Origin: Dudresnaya verticillata
Taxonomy: Eukaryota
Direction: 5' to 3'
DNA: 64,000 bases
Assembly: GCA_977862235.1 (NCBI GenBank)
Contig: OZ374564.1
Location: 1,178,001 to 1,242,000 of the forward strand
Position 1 is the first letter of the stretch; each line of letters begins with the position of its first letter. Both the position numbers and the translations under genes were made by a program. A model generated the notes under the pieces. The model was given only the letters and a program-made list of their open reading frames with translations, did no database searches and was not told the DNA's origin. Of this stretch, positions 1-8,215 are shown in pieces.

Positions 1-1198
1 TGTGCGTGGAGGAACGCACTGGCTCCGGATCCTATTAATGCTCTGTATCTTATGCGGCGTCGGACGTCTTCTCCAGTGCGCTGCTTAGGGCTTGGGAGTC
101 TTTGCCATTCTTCCAATTGCCAAAACCGATGTGCTGCTGCCTCGCTGTGCGTCTGAGATAGAAAGCGGTGGGGTTCAGACCGCGTTGCGAGTGCCTCTGG
201 ATCAAATGCCTCCAAATCTTGGGCAAGGATAAAGTCGTCAGGCTGGAACTGAGTGGGGAGATTCATGACAAATGCCTGTATCGGGCAGCGGACGAAGCGG
301 CGATAAAATGATGGTGGTTGCACTTGTGGTTGTGCGTTGCGTAACGGGGCACTCGAGATTAGACTGAAAGCATATGAGGCGTGCACTAGGGGAGCTAGTG
401 GTGTCAATCCGTGACCACCAAGACGGAAAGGCAGTTGGATTTGGCTTATGGCAGACGTGGTCAGGTTGATATCGTTGAGCCGTGAGTAGGCTTTTATTTG
501 TGCTACGTCGAATGCTTGGGTGTACCGGTGCGAAATGGTAGGAGGTATATGCGGGAAAAGGTGCTGAACCTTACAAGCAGGGCTGGTCATTCTGTGCAGG
601 TGAAACCGAATGCGTGCGTCAGGTACACCCGCGATAGAGTCGATGGTGGGGTCGACTTCGGCCAGCTTCTTTTCAATTTCGGCATTGATGAAAGCATTGG
701 AGCCCACAGGGGATCCTAGTAGGGTGATGCCGTCTGCCGAATATTTCACAGGGAAAGCTTCCATGAGGTATTGCAATTCTTTGCCGTCCGTGGTGGGCCA
801 GAATGTCTTTGTTTTCGTGGCATTGAGGAAAAAACCGAACGTGGGGCCCTCTGTCTGGAGTATGTGTAGCGCTTTTGTTAGTTCAGTGAAAGAGTCGATT
901 AGTAGTCCATCTTCAGCGTACCACAGGTTCATATCCAGTGTACAATGTGAGGATATCTTCTTGATCAGCGGTTGTATAGCGAGGGAGAAAAGGAGCATGC
1001 TAGCTGGATCGCCTTGCTGCGTGCCTTCTTCGCTCTTGATCGTTGTGGTGGTAGCTCCGGGTATAATGAGCTTTGGTTGCGTGCCGGCGTAGACCATGTT
1101 GATGAAGCGTGCCATTGATGCCGTCGTAGAGGAAAGCTGGTCGAGGAAACACTGCCTTGAGCACAGGTTGAACGCGTTTGTTGCGTCGATAGAGACAA

Positions 1199-2056
1199 TG
1201 TGGTATAGACGCTATCCGCGAAACGACTCCGTGGTCTACGTGAAAATAATCGAGAAATACGAATTTCGAAATGACTCCGTGAATGCGCACGCCACGATGG
1301 CAAACGTATTACAGTGCGCATACTGTGCGCGCGCCACGATGGCATTCGCATTACAGCTGATACGAAATCGCTGACACCTCCGGACGAATCCCGAGCCGAC
1401 TTCGTGATCGCGCGCGCCACGATGGCATTCGCATTACAGTGCGCACCCGATACGAAATCGTGACACCTTCGTGACTTTCCCGTTGTTTCCCGCGCGTAAC
1501 GGCACCGGGGCCCACGAGACACGCGCACCTCCGTATGCATCGCTGGTGCACTTCGCAACCGCCACCATACGTGAGGCGACCGTTCGTTGGCACCGAGGCC
1601 GTTACGAATCATTCGAGTACGAACCGTCTCCCGCATTGACGCGCATTCGTGCTCACTTAGTACTACTTAGCCAGTCGTCTAACACAACCTCCGAGGGTTT
1701 CCGGGATGCGACTAGCGCCCGGACCTCGGAGTCTTCGGTAAACGCCTGTTTCTTCGAGTTCGGTGTCTTGTTCGTGACCGCGGATACGGTCGAGCCTCGC
1801 TTTCGATAGCCCCGCGCACCCGGAGTCATCCCCGGGTGATCGATCGCTCGAGTTCTCCCTTCCGCACACGAATCCGTTGACACCGTGGCCCTTCGTGTTG
1901 GTCGCTCCGCTCTACCACGCTACCACCCCTTTTCGTTTCTCCGTTAGACTACGAGGCCATTCGTTAGGCTCCGAGGCCATTCCTTACAGTGCGAGACTTC
2001 CCCGCGTCACCGTGGACTTCGTTATACCACACCGTGGACTCGTTATACCACACACA
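1199..2056 (+). mobile_element. Solo LTR (TG...CA) inserted in element A
   Basis: Begins TGTGGTATA (1199) with inverted TATACCACA (2044-2052) followed by CACA. Flanked by direct repeat GACAA (1194-1198, 2057-2061). Removing it restores the R-L-L-V-S-I-D codons of element A. Orientation is inferred from the U5-like motif at 1907-1925. Confidence 0.8.
1283..1470. repeat. Internal imperfect direct repeats of the solo LTR
   Basis: GCCACGATGGCA..CG.ATTACAG occurs three times (~1291, ~1333, ~1415) and GATACGAAATCG(C)TGACACCT twice. Confidence 0.75.
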
Positions 2057-2216
2057 GACAAGCAGGCGATTTTTTTGTGATCCTAACCGCTTGGCCAGCA
2101 TTCTAGCATTGTGTATTATGGCGTCCATCTCGGAGGAGCAACTGTTTGCGAGCTGCTCGGGGTAAAGATAGTCTCGGCTTTCTTCTAAGGCTTGTGACCT
2201 GATCACCCGCATAACT

Positions 2217-2785
2217 TGTAGTAGAATGGCCCTTGGCCAGGTAGTCGGCGATAAAACGGCGCGACAGCTGTCCTGGGGACACACACTCACGGTGGGCGGT
2301 AGCTCAAAGGAAAAGGGAAAAGGGGGGTGGTAGGGATTTGTAGTGGGTGTAATACCCAGAAACAAAGAAAAGGGAAGGCGAACCCTACGGCGTAGAGCAA
2401 TCGTCGTACAAGATAGGGCTTGTACACGCCCAAGGCAAGGGAAACACGGTGGCACCGTAGGAAGACCAGAAAATGGGTGCAGCCCAAAGTACACACCGCT
2501 GCCCGTTTAGTGCGGGGCCCCTGCTACTGAGGGGCCCCATAAATACGGCGGGAAGCCGGAAATGCTACCCACTCTAAGTTAGAGTTATAATACTGACAGT
2601 TACCTAATACTGTACACTAGATGGTGGATTACAATCCAATGATAGGAATGAGTGGTAGTACCACTACGAGGTACAGGCGCGCTGCTGTCTGGCGGGCATG
2701 CCAAAAATATGGGTGACCAGGATTAATCAACCAATGATACTCAGCCATCTCAGCCATCGCACCCTCGGGCGCCTCACGCCTTACA
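2217..2785 (-). mobile_element. Probable solo LTR of a third family, without matching TSD
   Basis: Bounded by TGTAG (2217) and TTACA (2785). Non-coding, with an AT-rich TATA-like tract and a GGGGCCCC hairpin. LINE homology stops at its left edge. Confidence 0.45.
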
Positions 2786-2839
2786 GGCGTCGTCTGTACA
2801 CGTGTGTGCTTACAGCGCTCGGGCGCTCATTATTCAAGC

Positions 2840-5392
2840 TTCGTTTATTTTCTTTCTGAAAGGGGTTCCGATGGGCTCGAACGTACGCGATTAGGTGCTG
2901 TTTGCGGCTACGGCGCTGATGTCGTTCGGTGGCATGCGGGAGAGAATAGCCTGGGCAGTGCTGGACCATATTGCGTAGCTGAGCTTCTGTTGGACACGCA
3001 CCTTGATCCGGCCGGGGAGTGATGATTTGCGGTACGCAATGCGCTCCGTCATCGCTTTGATGAAGCTGAGGGCGGTGGTGCTTGGGGCTCCGAAAGTGTC
3101 GAAGGCCAAGGGGAGGAAAGTCCAGCTTAGTTCTGGTAAGGCGGCAGTGGGATCAAGGCGAAAATCCGTTCTCATTGTATTTGCGAACGTCCTGAGTTTG
3201 TCTGCGTGGCCTTCTTCTGCGGCTCCTGCTGGGCTTTTTGCGGCTTTGTTGGCGATCCCTTTGCGAAATGGGCTTCGCACGGTAACGTCAAGGGCGGTTG
3301 GTCGTGGAATAGTGGTAGAGAAAGCAGTTGGGGGTTGGACAAGGATGTCGGCGGGGCGTAGCTCGGTGCCTGGGATCAAGAGCGGGGCTTCTATTTGGTA
3401 GCTTAGACCGGCTGGTTTCAGCAGCTGTCTGGCAATTTTGTTCCTGACTGTGTTGTGGCGGTGCGTCACGCCAAAGCCGTGCTTGCAGATTATTGCGTGG
3501 TCACCTTCTTTGTCCATCCGAGATCCGCAGTGTGGGCATGTTAAGAGCCTAGCAGTCTCCTCAAAGACCGGGAGATCGAGGTGGCGGCGTAACATTATCG
3601 ACCAGTGCTGGCTGGGTACTGTGGTAGAGAGGTAGGGATGGGCGTTGAGAAAGGAACAAGAACCTTCTGCGAGCAGGGATCGGAAACGAATGCGCCGACG
3701 GACAGAATCGGTTGTATGTTGCGACGGGATTGTATTACGTTCCCAGAGGTCTTTCTCCCAGAAGAGATGTGCGGATGCCTCGTTGAGCGTCTGACATAGG
3801 AAGCGGTGACGGTCATACCGCTGGGCGAGGGCTGCGGGATCGAAGTCTTCAAGATCAGGGCAAAAGGGATAGCTCGATGGGCGGAACTTGGCTGGAAGGT
3901 TGAGGAGGAAGGCCTTGATCGGGCGGCGAGCGAACCTTCATAAAACGAAGCTGGCTGTGGTGAAGGGTGTGCGTCCCTCAGCGGGGCACTAGATATTAGG
4001 CTAGCAGCGTATGATGCGTGGACGAGAGGCGCGACTGCTGTAAAGCCGTGCCCGCCATGTCGGAAAGGGAGCTGTATTTGCTTTGCGGCTGTGTTGGTGA
4101 GAGGTACGTCATTCAGCGTACTGTAGGCCTTCAATTGTGCCGAGTCGAAGGTCAGAGCGTGGGTGTGCGAGAAGTTGGGCGGGATGAGCCGGAAGAGGTG
4201 CTGAACTCTGCAGGCAGAGCTGGTCAAGCGGTGAAGGTGGAAGCGGATTCGGGCGTCAGGAACCTCTTTGATGCGGTCAAGGCAGTTATCCACGTCACAC
4301 AGCTTTTTCCTGATGTGGTCCGACATGAAACTTTCGGATCCGATCGGGGACCCTAGTATGACAATGCCTTCCTCGTTGATAACGCGTAGTGAAAACGCCT
4401 CAGTGATTTTGCCGAGCTGCTCCGGGTCTGTAGTTGGCCAAAAGGCTTTCGTTTTCGACTCGTTTAGATGAAAGCCGTACTCGGGGCCGTGGTCTCTGAG
4501 TATTTTTAGGGCTTTCGAGACTTCTTCTACTGGACCAATGATCACGCCATCATCTGCATACCACTTGTTGAAGTCGAGATTAGTTTCGGCGGAGATCTTC
4601 TTCAGTAGGGGCTGGATGGCCAGGGAAAACAGCAGCATGCTAGCAGGGTCACCTTGTTGGGTCCCCTCGAGACTCTCAAGGGTATGTGCGGATGTTCCGG
4701 GGATTAAGAGAGATGGCGTGGCTTCTGCGTAGATCATATTCAGAAATCTGGCGAGGGACGGGGCATGGATGAACTTCTGGCGAGAACATTTGTTGAAGGC
4801 GTTTGTGGCCTCGATGGACACGAGAACACGATTGCCGCTTTTGCCGAAACGCTTCGTGAGCATCCTTGCGTCGTGTACTATTGCATCCATCCCACATGAT
4901 AGTCCGTTTGCCAGCTGTTGGGGACGCAGATAGTCGCTGATTTCACAGAGTGACTGAGAGAGGGGGACTTTGGAGACAAGGCGGCGGAGGCACTGACAGA
5001 TTGCGATTGGTCTGATTTTGTCCGGGCGTGGCTTGAGCGGGATGAGTGTGGCGGACCCGAGTAGTCTTGCGATTTCAGTAGGAAGGTTCCCTCGAGATAC
5101 TCTGTTCACGAAACAAGTGAGTGCGGACAGGCCTGTCACTCCTGCTTCTGGGCTTGTTTTGGACTCACAAAGGGCGTGCAGGAGGCGTGGGGACATGTTG
5201 TCAGGTCCGGGGGCGGCGTTCGGGTTCATTATGGAGACTGCACTGCGCACAGCGGCTTCAGTGATCGTGGATGGTAGGGGGAGGTCCGTTGCAGGGATGG
5301 GTGTGATGACATGCCGTGGTGCCTGTTGCAGCGCTTGCAGCGCTTGTATCGTTGACGGATTAGCTGTGTCGGCTATGGGGGACTGTGTGGGC
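2840..5392 (-). mobile_element. Non-LTR retrotransposon B (CRE/R2-type, RT + restriction-like endonuclease), cut at 5392 by the LTR array
   Basis: RT motifs APGPD, IRPIAI, GTQQGDP and WYADDG. C-terminal CPHC...H...C knuckle, RHN, RPADI and LDVTV endonuclease motifs. Minus-strand AATAAA at 2844-2849 after the stop. Confidence 0.9.
2891..5392 (-). pseudogene. RT-RLE polyprotein of element B (frameshifted)
   Basis: A 1-nt deletion at ~3939 relative to element A splits it into track ORFs 3595-5514 and 2891-3595. The motif-A Asp reads Glu (VSIEATNAF), and about 5 codons are missing after SRQKF. Confidence 0.85.
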
Positions 5393-5911
5393 TGTAATAC
5401 AGTGAAGGGCTTACAGAAGTGGGCCCTCTGCCCGCGTGTATGCGCGAAAATAGCGTTACCTATAGGGCGCCAGCAGGGACAAGATGGGTAGCCTATGATT
5501 GGTCCAAGTGTCACCCTGCAGGTCAGTAGCTTAGTATCTGTCTATTTATTTTAGAAATTATAGCTTAGGATAGGGGGCGTGTATATAGCCCAGTATGAGG
5601 GGTGCTGCCTGACAGTCGGAGTACCATATAAGGGTATCTCCCGTAGCGGTCACTGAACAGTAAAGGTAAGCACCTTCCGGCCCCAACTACGTCTCCAAGC
5701 TATCGGCACCGCAGCACACTTGTCACCCGTGCCCGGTTAACCGCCCGCCCAGTGAACTACCTTCAGTATCGTGCTTCCAATCAGGTTACGTGCCCTCGTC
5801 TCCCTTCTGGGTTCCTCCCGCTCTACCACCGCTACCAGGTACCCGCTCTGTGGCTTTCTCATTGAGTGCACTCTTTGAGTTCACAAGAGACCCAAAAGGC
5901 ACTTCCTTACA
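5393..5911 (+). repeat. LTR 1 (519 bp)
   Basis: TGTAA...TTACA termini, followed by PBS. Similarity to the other copies begins at 5393. Confidence 0.95.
5627..5632 (+). promoter_or_regulatory. Candidate LTR TATA box
   Basis: TATAAG in mid-LTR; a second TATATA lies at ~5582. Present in every LTR. Confidence 0.35.
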
Positions 5912-5913
5912 TC

Positions 5914-5931
5914 TGGTCTCCCGACCTAGAA
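5914..5931 (+). other. Primer-binding site, probably tRNA-Tyr (also at 15284, 24650, 34016, 43382, 52748, 62114)
   Basis: TGGTCTCCCGACCTAGAA, separated from the LTR end by 2 nt. Its complement ...TCGGGAG-A-CCA has the G72/A73 end of eukaryotic tRNA-Tyr. Confidence 0.8.
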
Positions 5932-6026
5932 CTTCAAGGTTGATGAGCCGTTAAGAGGACGACGAATATCGTAACCCAATTGGATACTGAAGAAAATCAA
6001 CCCACCAAGGCCCCTGTTACTCCAAG

Positions 6027-8060
6027 ATGTCAACTCACTCTCAAAGTAGTTCCCGTCGTGGTCAGAAGGCGGAGCAGACCCCATTGGTCCCCCCAGTTGA
6101 GGACCCGGAGTCTTTTCTCCACCCTCCGAGAACTCCTGGAGTAGAACAAGAGGAACCGCCTGGTCAAGCATCCACCAATCCCGTAACAGGTAAACCCTTA
6201 GCCGGTCCTTCGAAAGAAGTCGCAAGGCAGCCCCCGCTACATTCCAACCGTAACCATTGGGTCAATACTGATCTGATGCCCCGTCTGATCAACTGGCTAC
6301 ATGATGAGTTGACCCTTCGGTTACCTCAAACGGTTGAACCACTAGTGGGACACTTTCTAGAGGAACAAGGTCCAAGGACACTCTCAGAGTTTGCCGCCAC
6401 GGCTACTGACAAGTTAGTCCAGTCATGGACCACTCAGCCGGACAGTAGTCCAATCTATGGGATGCTTACCAAAATGGTTCCCCCGTTGGTCGCTCAGTCT
6501 CTCGAGGCCTATGGGCAAGCAGCGGACCCTTCAACTGGACCAAAGTCTAAACCCACAGGGGAAACCAAAGTGGAAAATAAGGAGGATGATGTCGTCCCTC
6601 CTAGCATCGTTCTACCAACCAAAACTGGTGATATAAAAAAGGAACCCGAAGGGGGTTTGTCGGACTCCGAAGGTAGTAAGAGTAACCGACAAGGATCGAA
6701 GTCCAAGAATTCTAAAAAGAAGAAGAAGAAGGACAAACGAAAGAAAAATAAGAAGAAACATCACTCATCTGAGTCTGACTCATCGTCAGTTACCTCAGAT
6801 GGTTCAAGTTCGGATGATTCATCCGATGATGACCGACGGCGCCGTCGCCGGTCGTCTAAACCTACAAAGGTCAGGAGGATTAAACCCCTTAACGACCTAT
6901 TTACCCGAGTGGTTAGCTTTCAAAGTTACCGATTAGACAACCGCTCAAGGCTTTACTCTTCGAGAATCTCTCGGAAAGTAAATACCTACTATAAGAGGAT
7001 GGCTATTCAGATGCCACCCTCTCGGTTTTCGGGGGTAGACCCGATTAACACCTTGGGTTTCCTAGCAAGGTTCAAGCATGCCTGTAACCACAATGATATC
7101 CATGAAGGAGCTGCCGTTTGGTTACTACAATATTTTATGGCAGGAACCGCAAGGGACAACCTTCAGGCGAGGCTCCAGACAAGAACCAGTATGGTCGTAG
7201 ACTATGAAGATGAGGGAGATTTATTAACAACGTACCCTGAAGTGGTTAATTACCTTTTGGAAACTTATGCTACCGATGAGGTTATTGCACTAGCCTATGC
7301 CGACGTGATTTCGTTGCGACAAGCAGAGGGCAAAACGGAACGGGACTTCGCAGAGTTAGTAAGAGCCAGAGCTCGCCGTTGCGGGTCGGTGTTCACTGAA
7401 CACCGCCTCAAGGCGATCTTCGTTGATGGGCTCCTCCCTAGTATCCGTGCACCGGTTCGTAACCGATTGGCTTCCTCAAAGAGTTTGTCCTACACCCATA
7501 TTACACAGTATGCACAAGATCTTGGGGAAGCTCACAGGAGTACACGTGGGACGACTAACCTAAAGGGTAAAAGGGGAGTAATTCCCGTCGCCGCGGTTAG
7601 CTTCGAGAAACCGCCGTCTCACTCCGTGAGTACGTCGACAGCTACCTCCGAGGGTTTACCGGGAATGGAAGACATTCATGAAGAGGAGATTTTCCAACTT
7701 GGTGAAGAATTATCTAACCAGTCTATGACACCCCCGTCTTCGATAACCACAGTAGGATCCCGAGATGGTGCGCCGATACGGGCATGTTGGATCTGTGTTA
7801 ATCCAGACCACATGGCACATGAATGTCCATTGGTAACCCCCGCGGTTCGCGCTGGCATAATTGCTTCCAGAAGGCAAAACCTCTATGGTTTAGCTCGGGC
7901 CCGAGCCATGCAAGGTAATCGACAAGGTAACCCCGGGGCCTCCTCCTCAACCGGCCATCCGGGCCCCACCCAGGCTAGACGCACGGGATCACCCTCAGTG
8001 GAGCCCTCAAAGGCAGCTCAAGGAGTTTCCATTGCGGAAAACGTGGAGGAGGAGGCATAA
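6027..8060 (+). CDS. gag: Gag (677 aa) with CX2CX4HX4C zinc knuckle
   Basis: CWICVNPDHMAHEC, capsid-like core (LRQAEGKTERDF), Lys/Ser-rich linker, position after the PBS. Confidence 0.93.
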   Translation: MSTHSQSSSRRGQKAEQTPLVPPVEDPESFLHPPRTPGVEQEEPPGQASTNPVTGKPLAGPSKEVARQPPLHSNRNHWVNTDLMPRLINWLHDELTLRLPQTVEPLVGHFLEEQGPRTLSEFAATATDKLVQSWTTQPDSSPIYGMLTKMVPPLVAQSLEAYGQAADPSTGPKSKPTGETKVENKEDDVVPPSIVLPTKTGDIKKEPEGGLSDSEGSKSNRQGSKSKNSKKKKKKDKRKKNKKKHHSSESDSSSVTSDGSSSDDSSDDDRRRRRRSSKPTKVRRIKPLNDLFTRVVSFQSYRLDNRSRLYSSRISRKVNTYYKRMAIQMPPSRFSGVDPINTLGFLARFKHACNHNDIHEGAAVWLLQYFMAGTARDNLQARLQTRTSMVVDYEDEGDLLTTYPEVVNYLLETYATDEVIALAYADVISLRQAEGKTERDFAELVRARARRCGSVFTEHRLKAIFVDGLLPSIRAPVRNRLASSKSLSYTHITQYAQDLGEAHRSTRGTTNLKGKRGVIPVAAVSFEKPPSHSVSTSTATSEGLPGMEDIHEEEIFQLGEELSNQSMTPPSSITTVGSRDGAPIRACWICVNPDHMAHECPLVTPAVRAGIIASRRQNLYGLARARAMQGNRQGNPGASSSTGHPGPTQARRTGSPSVEPSKAAQGVSIAENVEEEA

Positions 8061-8079
8061 CGACGCATGCCCCCTCCTC
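8036..8079 (+). promoter_or_regulatory. Putative -1 ribosomal frameshift signal (all full units)
   Basis: G_GAA_AAC (8036-8042) followed by stem GAGGAGGAGGCAT / ATGCCCCCTCCTC (12 of 13 pairs). pol lies in the -1 frame. Confidence 0.7.
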
Positions 8080-8215
8080 AAATATGCGCCTTCCAGAACC
8101 CGTATTACGACCCGATGTCGTGGATAACCTGGAGGGTGATGACTATGATGAAGTATGTTTACTTAAGAAGCAAAACTACAAAGTGGATCTATCGTTAGGG
8201 GTCTGGTCATCTTAG

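Larger units (their letters stand above)
1..2216 (-). pseudogene. Decayed non-LTR retrotransposon A (CRE/R2-type RT), split by the insertion at 1199-2056
   Basis: Minus-strand translation gives RT motifs VSIDATNAFN, EGTQQGDPASMLLFSLA and WYAEDG (YADD changed to YAED). Segment 2057-2216 (DYLYPEQLANSCSSEMDAIIHNARML...NRLLV) continues the same protein across the insertion. Collinear with element B. Confidence 0.85.

Noticed and set aside
1283..1470. CRISPR-like repeats
   Set aside because: Only 2-3 imperfect, irregularly spaced copies inside a eukaryotic LTR, and no cas genes.
965..2496. 223-aa and 176-aa minus-strand track ORFs
   Set aside because: Chimeric frames crossing LTR/LINE junctions.
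3595..3938. C-terminal tail of the 639-aa ORF (EGSLAARS...)
   Set aside because: Out-of-frame product of the deletion at ~3939. The frame matching element A runs into the 234-aa ORF.
5393..5514. N-terminus of the 639-aa track ORF (MTLGPIIG...)
   Set aside because: It is antisense LTR sequence fused by chance to the LINE frame, not a real start.
5805..5840. tRNA gene, SINE or Pol III promoter on the minus strand (TGGTAGAGCGG)
   Set aside because: No B-box (GTTCRA) or cloverleaf follows.
6710..6850. AAG-rich and Ser/Asp-rich low-complexity tract
   Set aside because: Coding linker inside Gag, not an independent microsatellite.
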